DNA of 63,255 nt, counting the filler, from Dicyema japonicum (Eukaryota; Animalia; Dicyemida), in assembly GCA_011109175.1 (NCBI GenBank). It is 5 parts of 5 records of this genome, joined end to end, with 100 filler letters (N's around TTAATTAATTAA, not from the genome) between each part and the next. Parts side by side here need not be neighbours in the genome. Positions count along the whole stretch, not along the records: positions 38,755 to 57,079 come from RDEW01000080.1; 4 more parts are not named here. One strand, written 5' to 3'. Both the position numbers and the translations under genes were made by a program. Under the pieces are notes generated by a model. It was given only the letters and a program-made list of their open reading frames with translations, searched no databases and was not told where the DNA came from. This document shows, piece by piece, positions 41,540-54,899 of this stretch; position 1 is the stretch's first letter, and each line of letters starts with the position of its first letter.

Positions 41540-42250
41540 ATTTAACTCAAAACACGGTAAAACCAAACTAATTATAACGTGATCCGATGCATTCTAACAG
41601 AGACCTCGTCTTTTCCCGGTTTTCTTCTTCGTACCCGCGCATGAACGTACAGGACGGCTGCCTGATTTTTCAGGGCCACCTTCCGTGATCTGAAGTCTAG
41701 TCTCATAAGGGCCTCCAGAGGCGTAGGTCCGGTTCGGTGATCTTCACAAATCCAACGCTCCGTTACTCTGTAAGCCCTCTTTTGCATTTCCTCAATTTTC
41801 CTCATATTTGTCCAAGATATGGACGGTCCCCACGAGGCACATGCATATGAGAAACATGGTTCGATGTACTGTTTGTACACGTTCATCAAAACTGAATGAG
41901 TACCACTCTTCCATATTCCAGGTAAACTTTTCAATACGTTCAGTTTCTTCATCGATTTCAGTAGAATGTTTTCTACGTGTGGTGTCAAACAGAGTGTATA
42001 TCAATTGCACATCCAAGATCCTTTGACATCTGTTGAAAAAGATGCCGACCTTGTTTAACTTCAAGGTGACTGTCTTCCTTCCCAATTTTTTGTCAAGGTA
42101 AAAAGTGACGTAGACGACTTCTCTGCATTCACCACGACCCGGTTTTCCATTATCCAGGCATTAAGCCTGTCCAGGTTAATTTGTATTCTTTCTTTTGCCT
42201 TCTGGATGTGCTGATCTCGCGAAGCCAACACAATATCACTCGCATGGAAA
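41540..42250 (-). mobile_element. LINE RT 3' end
   Basis: ILGVQLD-like segment, VYKQYIEPCFSYACASWGP; tail matching 4525-4575, 4680-4745 and 58865-58930. Confidence 0.82.
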
Positions 42251-42499
42251 GTAGAACATTATTATCAGATTCAAGAGTCGATTTGTATAAAAAGATATAG
42301 TCAATAAAATTTAATATTTTTTTTAATTTTACTTTTTTAAAATTAAAATTAAAAAGTTAAAAGAACACTTAATTTAGGGAGTTTGATTGGCTATGCTGTT
42401 TCCTCTGACAATGGCTATCGAAATACGCTCTCAAACCATCCAGTGTCACGTGGATCCTTGGTAGCCATTGGATCATTGAGCCGATCATACGACTAATAT

Positions 42500-43250
42500 T
42501 TAAAAGTAAATATTAAACGATGAAACAAAATGGTGTAATTCCTCCGGCGGATAATCTGAATATCTGGGCACGTGGTGATAATACGCTGTTCTGTGTCCTT
42601 AATAATGTAAGGCTCCCTTTGGTAATCCTTAGAGTCATTTCAGGCAAGAGAATGCTTCGCACATGTGTTCCCTCGTGCTATCCCACTGTGATCTGACAGA
42701 CCTGACGCCGTTTTCGACATCAGGAGCAACATTTCATTCCTCCAGCAGACTATTCCCATCTAATAATCTCTTCCCGACTAGGAGAGTTTCTTCTCGGTAG
42801 CATTTGGAATGACATAGAATTCACCAATATGAGGGCAAGAAATGGGTTCTCACTCATCCCGACAGCAGGGCCATCTTCTTTGACGAGGACAAGCGGCCCA
42901 GAAAATGCAAAGCCGACTTTTCTAATGTACTCTCTGGGATGGAGAATACTGGGGACCTGTGTATTCTTTTCCACCACACTCTTTCCAATATGAGGTCCCC
43001 ACAGCTGAACTTAATAACGAGGATAATAGTTCACATCATTGATGATACTACTGCTATCATTGACGACTTTATAGTTGCTGGACCCGTTATGGATTAATTC
43101 ATATGATTTTGACAATTCGGAGTTCTCGAAGAATATATTTTATTTCAGTGGGGTTAACTAGGCCTACGACGCTGTGCGTAACACGCAAAACGACAGTATT
43201 TTAGTATTGAAAGACTATCTGATTTCTAAAAACGGCTCTTGGGTGTCTGT
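42500..43250 (-). mobile_element. RTE-like endonuclease remnant
   Basis: KVGFAFSG..SENPFLALIL, resembling the APE segment of RTE elements. Confidence 0.45.
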
Positions 43251-43499
43251 GACGTCACCTATTTGGGAAAGGGATTGAACAGGTATCAACTGCACGTCCC
43301 CAACTGTATAAGTTAATATCACTTTAGGGTCAAATTATGAGAATCATTAATGGGGGAAGTGTCCATGGTGATTGGTTTTACATGGGAGTTATATATTTGA
43401 TACCAAAATTTGAATACCCGTAATCGCCTAAGGAATTCCGCCCTATAACCTCCCCCCATAACATAAAACAAAGAATAATGTTATACGACACCTTTATCT

Positions 43500-43950
43500 A
43501 ACCAATCCTCCTATACAACTCTGGGAACTGGGCCACCTAAAAAGAGGAATTGGAGAGGCTAGACTCGTTTCACAGGAATCATCTAAGAAACATAACTGGA
43601 ATATCCTGGCCATCCAAGATCTCGCTGAGTGGACTGTACAATAAGTATGACTTTACACTATTAAGTCACGAGATCATTAGCTTCGTTGGAGACTTTTGGA
43701 CACACCCTGAGGTTGGACCCGATATCCCCTCCCCCCCTAATATCTCAATGGAAGATTACTACTCCTCCAATATAAAACGCTTTCGTGGAAGACCGAGAAC
43801 TACCCTCCCGGTCGTTTTACAAAACGATCTGAAAATCGTGAAGAAAACAGGTGACGATCTGGACTCACTGAGGGATTTAGCTAAGAACAGAAGAGCTTGG
43901 AGCAACCTAACTAATTTTCTTATATTTTTTGTTGCACATGCGGGGCTATA
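43500..43950 (+). mobile_element. RTE-like LINE 3' end
   Basis: LDSFHRNHLRNITGISWPSKIS..FRGRPRTTLPVVLQNDL..LAKNRRAW; tail atgcggggctataaa also seen near 38893. Confidence 0.85.
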
Positions 43951-44149
43951 AATATTTTGGCTCTCGTGAAAATGCTAATCATAATAATAACATCCCCTGT
44001 TGTAAAAGCTAATGACGAAGTGTATAAATAGAAACTTAGAGAATATGTTGACGTTTTGGCTTTTTCTATGAAACCAAATGGGAACAAAGAGAATGTGTCA
44101 ATGGGCGGAGAAACAAACACTAGTCAATATAGAATTTTACAAAGAAATA

Positions 44150-44800
44150 TGCCTATTGCTGTCTAGTAAAGGCGTTCGACGTTGTTTAGTACTCTAGAAG
44201 AACAGGGATGTGGGACTTCAATGTGGCAATAACTACATTTGCAGTGAGTTAAGTGACAAACTAAACAATTCGGTTAGAAATCTATTGCTTAGAAGCCTAT
44301 TATAATAATTTTTAAAATTACAGAGAAAACGGCGAATATCAGTTAGTTTTTAAAATAAACGAAGAAATGAAGAACGGTAAAGATATTGTGCAAATACTTG
44401 AATTTGAAGATGTTGTACTCTTCGAGCCCTACCCGTTTCTCTAGTGGATTTAGAAAAAATCAAAAAATGACATTTCTTCTAAATCAATATTGTTTTATTA
44501 TTGGAATCACCGAGATAGAAAGATATGTCAACTAGTTAGGTCATCCCAGTTCCCGCAACCAAACGTGCCATCCAAATCATGCGTCTCCATGTTCCAACAG
44601 TCGAACGGAAATGCCTTCTTTGATCCTTGCAGAGGAAGCCGATTGGGGACGGAAATTTCATAGTCAACCGATTTTCTTTTTTGTGTAACGTGAAACATGA
44701 GAGGCTTAGTGGGTGTCCATCTTCCTTGCAATTGCGGAGAAATCCGGACCCACATCTACGAGTTCTAGATTCTGTCAGCAGGGGAGGTATTTTATTTTAA
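44150..44800 (+). mobile_element. R4-like 3' remnant
   Basis: IGITEIERY and FFDPCRG segments; end cagcaggggaggt similar to the reverse complement of 28465-28480. Confidence 0.4.
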
Positions 44801-44869
44801 TAAAAAATATTACATAAATATATTTTATTTATTTTATAAATAAATTTAAAAAACAATTAATATTCAAAA

Positions 44870-45570
44870 ATGACCCAAATAATACAATTGCAATGTTCTA
44901 TTAACAATTTATTAGCAGTAATGTTTGTTATCTTCTCATTCATTAAAAATACTCAAATAACTGAGAAACTTTTGAGTGAATCTAAAGAAAATAAATCATC
45001 AAAAATGACATTTTATTCAGTTAAAGGATTCCGACATCTTGGTTTCAGCGGTGAAGTTACTATCAGATCTGTTGATCGTAATAAAAAGGTAAATATATTA
45101 GTTTTACTTTATTGGAAGACAATTTATGCTTATGAGGGAAACTTTCCTGTCTTTGAAATTAGAGACTTTAAAGAATTCGTCTTTGTTTTTAGAATGTTTA
45201 ATGTAGAAAATCAGAATACTAAATTAAAATTGCATTATAGAGTGGTCAAGGATCACGTGGTCATTCATTTATTGACCCTAATGATTAGTAAATTGTCGAT
45301 GGTAATTTTAGACTCTACTTTATTTTACGTGCCGCTCAACATTAGATTTCATTTGGATGATTACTATTTTTGTCCCAAAGTGGTCATACACTTTTTTGAT
45401 AATATTTCGGCGGAAATATCGAATATGAAATTTAAAGTATTCCGAAATAACAATTATTTCATTGGAAGAGGTTTAGTTTTTAATTTCAAATAGCCAATGA
45501 ATGTGAAAATGGGAGTCTATATATATCTGAAGTTTTTAAATCCACTTTGGATGACAAAAGATTTTACTAG
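44870..45570 (+). CDS. Orphan protein (~230 aa), unknown function
   Basis: 207-codon ORF in AT-rich DNA. A 23-nt GTT..TAG intron (45471-45493) would extend it to ...GRANECENGSLYISEVFKSTLDDKRFY*. No family recognised. Confidence 0.5.
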
Positions 45571-46637
45571 ACGACAAATTTACGGGGGTTGGGTTTTAGG
45601 TAATCTGATTCGGGTTATTAATGAATAAAATTAGACTTTGTTATTATCATATCCTACATGTGTGGCTTCTGATTTGTGATGCTTAAATCATCTCAGTTTT
45701 GAACTTCAACAAATACCCAGCGTGGATCATAATTTTATTTTGAGTATCCTCCACTATGACGTCACTGGAGAGCTTGAATAACCCTTTAATCTCACTATCG
45801 CTTATATATTGGGTTATTTATCACTGAAATAGAATCTAAAATTTATCCTGAAAGCAATAAACCCACGAAACCTCCATTGACAGCTAGATAAGTTGAGCAT
45901 CTGAGTTACTCCCTTTTGAAGGTTCCATATCTAAATCATATTCGTAGCCGGATCCACCACTAAAAAGGTGAATTAGATATATCGCAGGAGCTATCAGGTG
46001 GTGACGAAGCAAACCTTTTTCTTTCAAAGAGTAAGACAATGTACCCTTATGATGATGTCTTTTGCTGTCGTCCTTGTTCTACGTCATCGTAAAGGTCAGG
46101 CTCCTCCAAATTCTGTATAGCTGAGATTCAAACTTAGGAAATTATACCCAAATTAAGAAATTTCATGAACAGAGGTAAGTCTCCACCGATTAACTATTTG
46201 GTTAACTGAGGAATGAGAAATTTATAAAGTCAGTTAAAGTAACAGAAATCGCCAAAAATCTGCCATTTGATAAGAAAACACCAAAATCCGACCAATTTTT
46301 TATTAAGGGGTTAAAAAGCATATAGCTCTAGCATCTTTTAGAAGCAAGTCTTCGTCCGATATCGGAGATAACTGCATCCGTCTTTCTCCCATTATTAAAA
46401 CAAAAATGTCAACTGTTTTTATAGCTTATAATCATATAGTATTTCATATTAGTGTCTTTGAAATTTCTGTTTTTTTCTCATTAAAACTTTCAACTTTTTT
46501 ATTGTCCTCTCAACACAACATGTCGTTACGAGGTATCCGTTAAAATCGTAATATGCTATATTTTGAATTTCCTGTTCTATTATGTAATTTCATTATTTTC
46601 TTTCTGCGTAAAATTTATTAAGGAAAAAGTGAGCAAA

Positions 46638-46740
46638 TATAGCGGCCGCCCTGACTGCGTGGCTATACCCTCTCAGGATTGCGAGCGAGATTCGCTCAAA
46701 TAACCATCAGCGCTCACCAGAAAACCAGCAGCGCTGCGTA
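46638..46740. ncRNA. Candidate structured RNA in a GC-rich island
   Basis: Stems tatagc/gctata, cctga/tcagg, gagcga/tcgctc and cagcgct/agcgctg within AT-rich flanks; no family recognised. Confidence 0.2.
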
Positions 46741-46799
46741 AAATATTTCTTTACTTCCGTTGGATCCTCCACAAATTTCAAACATTTCATCCTTTTATA

Positions 46800-47375
46800 G
46801 ATTTATGTAATATAAATGTTCCTGCTGTTACTCTTAGATCCGATCCAGAAGAGTTCAAAAAATTGTTCTTAATGATCACGTATAGATGTGCTAAGTTCGT
46901 AGACTGCCACAACATTCAAAAGAACTCATTATATCACACGGCGTCGTAATTTTCGATATAGTATTGTGCAGAGCAGGCCAACAACCCATCTAATGATTAT
47001 CCAAGTGAATACCCTGTGGTAACAACTGGAAAATATCCGATATCTCTGAAATATCTTCCAGGTTTATTCTTTGTTGTAGAACTTTCAAATTTCTTTAATG
47101 AACCGAAGATCATACATCTTAGATTTTATACACTCGACCCTCGCAAATTAGCCATTTTTGGTTCCAGAATTCTCTGTGAACTAAAATTGGACACAGAGCA
47201 TCTATATTCATAATTTCGAAAACATCAAGGCATTCGGTCTTGCAATCATCACTGGTTTCAACTTATGCGTTCCATTCATGGACTCTGTTTCTGTGTGGAA
47301 ACTGGATACACTTAATTAGTTGTTTACTTTAACTTCTTTCTCGGTGTATCCGGGGATAATATATAAAATAAATAA
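46800..47375 (+). mobile_element. LINE 3' remnant sharing its tail with the SINE-like family
   Basis: ..tggactctgtttctgtgtggaaactggatacacttaattagttg..gtgtatccgggg.. is near-identical to 6545-6625. Confidence 0.7.
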
Positions 47376-47477
47376 ATTAAAAATTATATTTTTAAATTAT
47401 TAGATTAAAATATTATCAGAAATTTTTATATCATTATAGCATTTAAACTTCCCTAATGATGATTTTAATTTGGATGA

Positions 47478-47715
47478 CACGTGAGTGCATGAATCAGGCA
47501 TTTTCACATTCGTTGGTAACAAAAATTAAGTTCCTAATATCTCCAAAGAGGATTGACTATATTAAAGGCCGTGCTCTTAATACCACTTTTTAGAGTCACT
47601 TTTAGGAGATTCAGAGGTCGAGTATGTCTTCAGTTCCCTCTTTTCGGTAAAGTAGGCAATTGGGGAGTCAGAATGATCAGTGAATGTGAAAATGCCTGAT
47701 TTATGCACTCACGTG
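47478..47715. mobile_element. MITE, 238 bp, with 34-bp TIRs (33/34 match) starting CACGTG
   Basis: Left TIR 47478-47511 is cacgtgagtgcatgaatcaggcattttcacattc; right TIR is 47682-47715. Flanking 5-mers are gatga and catga. Confidence 0.85.
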
Positions 47716-48049
47716 CATGAAGCCACCCACATTTCCCAAACAAGAGATCTTACTTCTGAAAACAAGTAAAGGTCATTCTTATTTCTTCTCAGCTGTGAAA
47801 CACAAGGGCTACTCAGTTGACTCATGACCACGTTTGATTTCGATGGGAGCGGTACGTCTGGGAAACCGATGAATCTGCTTCGGGTCAGCCATCAAGCCCG
47901 AAAATCATGCTAACACCTACGCCTAGGCTATCGTCGTCCAACAAAAGATTCTTGGAGTCACTCCTATAATTAGCCAACTTAACAAGAGCTCCTTTTACGT
48001 CACCTTAAAAACCATTCACTATAATAGAATACTCCATGTCCATTTGGAG

Positions 48050-48240
48050 AGCGATTCGACTTCTGCAGATTTAAGTTTTCTTCCTATTCCATTAAGATCC
48101 TTGTTCAGAGCCACGGGTAGAGTAACTCTGGGTCTTCCTCTGAAGGATGGTTTGTTCTCATTGTTAAAGTAATTGTCCATTATTATATTTTCAGGACTTA
48201 ATCATGAAAACTTTGAAATTCCATTGGAGGGGGTGACCAA
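48050..48240 (-). mobile_element. RTE-like 3' remnant
   Basis: MDNYF..PSFRGRPRVTLPVALNKDL. Confidence 0.7.
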
Positions 48241-48416
48241 GATTTTCAGGTGAAAAAATTTCAATTTATGTCAGTTTCTGGTGGTTTTTTATTATGTCAC
48301 AGGCGCTACGCGTTACCTAATGCTCGAATTTAGAATTTCAATGATTTTTAAATAACTTTAACCATGTTTTTTTTATTTCTTTTTATTTTTTAGCTTAACA
48401 TTTTATTTAACAATAA

Positions 48417-49320
48417 CCGCTAGGCGACCGATTCGCGTTTATCCGATTGTGGTCAAGACAACTGGAGGAATAAGTGGAAAATCGCTTTGCTTCCTAAAGA
48501 AACTTGGACGCTTAGCTACATTAAAAAGCCACGACGCACGTGAGACCCGGTGGTTTCTCCAGTTGATCTCTGTTGCAATCGTGAGAGGCGATGCATTGTC
48601 GATAATGTCGGCGGGGTCCACTTTGGGTGGATGGCAGTGTTAAATAGATGAATAAATTTATGTTGGTTAAATATTTTTGATTTATTTAACAATAAAAGAT
48701 TGTTAACCCATCCGGTTTTTTTTCCGACTCTGCAGTTCAATCCCACGGGCTACGCCATTGCCGGGAAGCCTGCAGCTTCAAGAACACGCATGACAATGTT
48801 GTTCATAGCAGCGTGGCGGGGTGCTCTGTCTACACTCCTTTTGCAAGATAGCCGATGCAGTCCTTTGGCATCGACGATCCCTCCACAACGACATTGGTGT
48901 TCAACTCCACGCATACATCAACTCCCAGGCGCTGTACGACCCAATCCGAATACAGTCATCGTCCAAAAAAGTCCCCAGAGAGTAACATGGAGTGCATCAG
49001 CCATGCTCCGCTCCATGGTTGGCGGTGGACACGAGGCGTCTAAGACGATGCTGTTGGCCTCAGACTTTAGCACGTCGATGATATTCTTGGAGTAGATCAC
49101 ATCCCATTCTCGTTGTTTCGAAGGATCGTTCGACATATCCAAACCAGTTTCACGTCATTCGCGACGAGCTTCGTCGAAGACTTTTTCCCAAGTAAGTCCG
49201 GTTAAAAACGTAGGATATCTTGGACCAAAAGGTTCCGCAAAGAGCGATGGCACGTATGCTGGAAAGCGATCTCAACGACGACCAAAGACCCGTGCCTCCG
49301 AGGCATGCATGATTCCAATT
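48417..49320. mobile_element. Two CRE-like pieces tail to tail (48417-48650 on +, 48680-49320 on -)
   Basis: Plus: ETTGG..FLQLISVAIVRGDALSI. Minus: GAWL..,  PVGLNCRVGKKPDGLT across frameshifts. Confidence 0.75.
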
Positions 49321-51659
49321 TAAAATAAATTTAAAAAAATTTTGATTTTTTTCTAAGTGCACTCGGGTAACGGGTAGCGTTCGGTAAGTGTAGCACTGTG
49401 ACATAAATATATAAATGGTATTACTTTAATATTTTTGCAGTTCAACTCACACAACTTAGAGATGATCTACTTTTCCAAATGGTGACATTATTATTATTTT
49501 TACTCGAAATTATCGATTCAATCATAAAACACCTATGACTTTGTCACTATTAATTCAAGAACTATTGGTTATTGTCATTACACACCACGTGATTTTAAGT
49601 AATGTGGCTAATTTTTTCTTGTGTTGTTTAATTGTAGAAAATAATCGGTCATGGTAAATTGTGTATTTTTATGTCCAAAAGGTCAGTTTTAGTAAGATAA
49701 TTTTCGGGGATACCCATAATGTGGTAAAAAGATCTATGATATTCTTCTATTTTTGTGTGATGTTGGATCTTGGTCGCACAATTAGTGAATCACTGATATT
49801 TTAATTCTTTCTATTGTCGGATAATGATTAAATCATTGTGTCATTAATATTATCGAAATATTACGTAACTTCTTGATTATGGGTTCACAAACCAGGGACA
49901 TACGATATGGTTAATGTACATGTAATCGGTGTTTCATCACAAAATTTTAGAATATATCATAAAATGTGGCATTGAGGAGGCTGTTTATTCAGGGGATTGT
50001 AGAATATGTTTATGAATAGTTTTGAAATATTTACTTTCGAATATATCTGAAGGAAAGGTCCTCATATTAATTGATTCTCTGTTTACGTGTGATGTTTAAA
50101 AGAATTATTGAAAAAAATTGAGGTTAGCGATAAGCGATTTTTCACTGGAAAGTGAGCTTTATGTTGAATGTTGCGCAACTTTTACATAAGATTACATAAT
50201 GAAACCGCCAATAACTCATTTAGATCTACTGGAAGAGGCAAGCACGTGACTGTGGCTAGAGGTTTATTAAGATTATTGAAGAGGGACAAGGACTTTTTTC
50301 TTATCGAGCCAATTGTCTCGAATCAATCGAATGGAACTTGAACAGTCGATAAACCCTTGGTATTTCTTCAATTCAAGTTGATTTATTTTAAATCAAGTTA
50401 TTTTAAGTGCCAACACGTGTCAATATTTTATTTTTCATGTTCTCCAAATGCTGATTGTTTACTTTTACTCTTATCCTTTCTGTGTTCAATAACGTTCGTG
50501 TCGTCCAATAAGACTCTAGTCGGCTTAGTAATTTCCTTAGCATATTGAGGGATGAGAAACACAAGTGTGAGCGAGCAAGACCATTTTATCAACATAAAAT
50601 TATCCAAATGACGGTAAAGTCATTGCTGTTTTAAGTATTGGATTTGTACTCTATTTTCATATTAACAGCAGGAAATCTAACTTTCAGTTAACAAATTAGA
50701 CGCTGATTAAGTGAGATATTAAAAAATATTCACCCCCAGTTCTTACCCCTAGCCCCTTCGAGTGAGGAAACGAGTGGCTAACAAGAACATCACTGCCAAG
50801 AACGACGCTCCCAAATATTTGTCAGGTGTAATTGATGCTGTGCAGAACTCAGACGAGGAGAGGACGATTGTCCGATTTTTTTCAGATCGGAAAATAAATC
50901 CGAGTGGTGACATCTATTGCTAGAGGTACGTCGAAGGCATGGTCAAGAAGAAACCTTGTGATAAACAGGAGATATGATATTGTATGCAGTCTCTACGAGA
51001 ACCAAAAAAATGTCAGTAATCCAAATGATTCAGGGCAATATATGCTCGCATTTGGCATATGAGTAACAGGATTTGTGTCATCCAAATACGTATAAATGAT
51101 CAATGTCCTTGGAAGGAGAACAAAGATCTTACCGAATGGAAGACTTTTTCTTGGAGAAAACAATCTACAAGAAATACAATAAGTCTGGAAATAGAAAGTC
51201 CTCTCAGGAAATTATGTTTGCCAGTGGGACGCATTCGTAAAAGGCCAAGAATAGGTGATTCGAACCCGGATACTTCGACATCGGACACTTTCTTCAGTTT
51301 TTCAGAACATTGGTTTCCAATGTTTCCTGAGTCGGTCACCACAGCAATGATCACGAGAAAAAAAGTCAATGGTTTTAGCCATAATGAAGCTAACTGGACA
51401 GTTAAGGACAATAGAGGTACCTGACCACCTAAACCTTCAATCAACTAACCACGTGTGTAAACAGATTTAGATGTTTTCCTATAACCACAATAAATTAATT
51501 AAAATTATCATAATTTTTTTAATTTAACCTTTAGTTTCAATCGATAATCCGCATGATAATCGATAATTCTAACATAGGGACATGCCACGTGGTCATATGG
51601 TTGATTGGAACTTTAAAAAATCATTTTAACAATAATTTAGAGATTTATAATCTTGACAT

Positions 51660-53870
51660 TTTGGTTGAGGTGCCTCTCTAGCTATGTCTCAAACATGTTT
51701 TATTCGATCGACTTTTACTGTCGCTTCATTTAATGTTAGAGGACTGACAGCGAGCTCGAAACGGAACATCCTGTGCGAGGACCTAGACTGTTAAGGAGTT
51801 GATGTATGCTGTCTTCAAGAGACAAAAGTTGCAGGAGGACACGATGAAGTTTACGGAAAATACCACCTAATGTTACTATCATCTGAATGCCGACACTATG
51901 GACACTATTTTATGAAAACCTTTCGAAAATATGCACCGAACTGGACAAAACAGCAATCATGTTTCTGGCAGGAGACTGGAATGCCAAAGCAAGAATTAAG
52001 AAAGACCACGATTATGTATTGGAAGACACGGAAGAGGGTATCGAAACTCTTCCGGAGAGTCCTAATTGGGTTCTGCTTGGAATTTGGTCTTTATCTCTGC
52101 ATATACGACATTTTAACATCCAACCAGCCATAAGACGACATGTACTGGCCACAGAAAAGGCCGAGACGGCCGAGAGATTACAATATACAATCAAATAGAT
52201 TATATATTATGTCAGAATGCACATAAAAACTTGCTCGTGGACTCACGCTCATATGGAGGAGCTGGGATGAATTCCAAAATATCGATGTGGGATGAATCGG
52301 AACACTTAATATTGGATGATGGGGACAAAGCCTCACGAATTGCTGACGACTTTCAGAAACAATTCCAAACAGATGACACCTATGCACCCACATTTATTGG
52401 GCATCCGCGGAACTTGTCAAAGGAAATAACACATTCGGAGGTCCTAGAAGCATTCCACCATATGAGCAACAACAGAGCTACAGGATGTGATGGAGTCCCA
52501 GGAGAATTACTCAAATACGCTCTCGATAGTCTGGCAAGCTTCTTCGCACAAATACTGAACAAAGCTTTTGCATTGCACTGTCCGCTTCCAATCGGGACCG
52601 GAATATTAATACCCTTTCATAAACCGAGCAAAATACGGGGACCCTTCGGAAGCTTAAGAACTATTGTGCTAGTCACAACTCTAAGGAAAACTCTATCGAC
52701 CATTGTTCGAGGCCGCATGTCAATGTCGGTCGATATCTCTCTTGCGGTCAAAGTGGATTCAAGCCTGGAAGATCCACGGCTGATCTCTAAACAGCCACTT
52801 CATGGAACTCATTTACGCAGATGACGTTGATTTTGCCGCTGCTGCTGTGGTATAGCGACATAAAAGTTTCTAGGCGTCCTTCCATCCTTTGTAATGTTAT
52901 GTTCGCCAGAGTTTTCCTAAATGAATTCATTAATATGACTGGACAGATATTCTTCTATCATTCACGCCGTTATAGCGGCAGACTATCTTTGAGAGATCAT
53001 TCCTAACGGCAAATCCTAGCCCATAGTGCTTGTTTCCACCTTAGTTTAATCTCCTGAAGACAGGCGATTGAAATCTNTTGAAAGAACGCTAACCTGCGTT
53101 GAGGAGGAGTAGAGGAACACCTAAAAACTCGGTACTTGGTGATTCAGAAGACATCAAATGACGAAAGATATTGGCCACAATGACACTCAAAAAATTTCAA
53201 TCCATTTTGATGAGAAAAAATCAAATTCCTAGTAAGATGAGGTTACGCTTATATAATGAATTTGTTGATCAGTCTTCATGTACAACGCAGGTATCTGGGG
53301 AACGTCAAAGAAAGATATGGAGCAGTTTGACTTTTTTCACAGAGGCCAACTGAGAAAACCTCTTGAATACTCTTGGCCAAAGAAAATATCAAACAATAAA
53401 CTATAAAAACTGCCTGATTGCGTACCAATAAGTCTAAACGTACTTGAAGCACGCTGGCGTCTTTTTGGACATATTCAACAGATGGATGAACAGCATTATG
53501 CAATGCTGCCATGGAAGAATTTTTCGGCCATACTGTATCTCCTGCATTCAGAGGACGTCCAAGAAGTTGTCTTCCAAGGACACTCGCGGAGGATTACGCA
53601 GTGATCGGGGGCAGATTGATGGATGCGGACGATCTGGAGGAAATCAGGAAACGAGCAAGTCAAAGAAAAGGATGGAATGGACAAACGGAAAGGATAATCG
53701 AATAAGATGGCTCAAGCGAAACCATAAACAGTGTTTACCAGCGACGCGAATGTCCTTNAATCAGGAAACGAGCACGTCAAAGAAAAGGATGGAATGGACA
53801 AACGGAAAGGATAATCGAATAACATGGCTCAAGCGAAACCATTAACAGTGTTTACTAGCAACTCGAATGT
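51660..53870 (+). mobile_element. Decayed RTE-like LINE (APE plus RT)
   Basis: VASFNVRGL, DVCCLQETK, FLAGDWNA, NQIDYI, NNRATGCDGVPGELLK, HKPSK..LRTIVL, RGRPRSCLP..DDLEEIR. Confidence 0.9.
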
Positions 53871-54219
53871 GCTTCAACTAAATAACTAATTTTGATTTTT
53901 TTTGGATACATAAGAATTTCAAAAAACTTAATGTCAAGCATCCACTTAATATATGTTGTGGACATTTCCTTGCCATCTTACTGTCTTCATTATCATGAAA
54001 TAAGCTTCTGTGTTTTTCCAGATTACTAAAAATTGGGCCTGGATAAGAAAATTGCTGCAGGATTGAGGAGTTAGTCAGCGTCATGTGAAGAAACCTTTTC
54101 TGATCCTCACGAATTGAAGATAGTCACTCCGAATAGTCACTCTTCTTATATTTAAATATAATTATTAATTAGTTGACTATCCCTTCTCTGGAAGTTACAT
54201 AATTTTTGTTCTGATTTTC

Positions 54220-54750
54220 CCCGCGTGTATTCATCTGGTGCTACGTGGCTAATTGATTGAGATTTTCTATTTGATTTGTCTGTTCTTTTTCTTCACCTTC
54301 TACTGGAGTGGCGTCATATGATCAATCTGTATCAGTTGCCGCCCAGTGCTAGGCTGGCACGAAAAGGGATCATTTGCTCTTTCACCTCCACTGGAGGGGT
54401 TTCCANTTTTCCCCGCGTGTCTCCATTTGGTGCTACGTGGCTAATTGATTGAGATTTTCTATTTGTATCGTCTGTTCTTTTTCCTTCCCCTTCTACTGGA
54501 GTGGCGTCATATGATCCACCTGTCTCAGTTGGCGCCCAGTTCTAGGCTGGCACGAAAAGAGATCATTTGCTCTTTCACTTCCACTGGAGGGGTTTCCACA
54601 ACTGCAAGAAATGGGCGTCTTTTACCTTTTATGTTGGTTCTGGATGTACTTGTGTGATGTTGAAGGACTTTGTTTTTATAACAGTAAAAACTGGATATAC
54701 TTAACAAGTTGTTTACTCTTAACTTCTTTCTCGGAGTATTCGGGGTTAAT
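54220..54750 (+). mobile_element. SINE-like element, copies B and C, joined at a single N (54406)
   Basis: Shared core gagtggcgtcatatgatc...gcacgaaaa.g.atcatttgctc; copy C carries the ggatatac..gtattc tail. Confidence 0.85.
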
Positions 54751-54899
54751 AGAGTTACAGGAAAAAATCTCATACTGTGGTGATTAGCATTCAGTAAAAA
54801 TATTATTCTTTTATATAAAATTAACTGACTTGACGAAAGCAAACAATAAGAAATTCAACAAACTGTGTCTACTTATATTCCTTGATTTTTTTAAAGAAG

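Noticed and set aside
46655-46680. 11-nt match to bacterial 16S rRNA (cctgagagggt) on the minus strand
   Set aside because: Flanks do not continue the similarity; chance match.
50739-50788. HDV-like relic upstream of the RTE element (gttctt/aagaac stem, CUAA after a hairpin)
   Set aside because: No P1 5' strand and no L3/P3; too incomplete to call.
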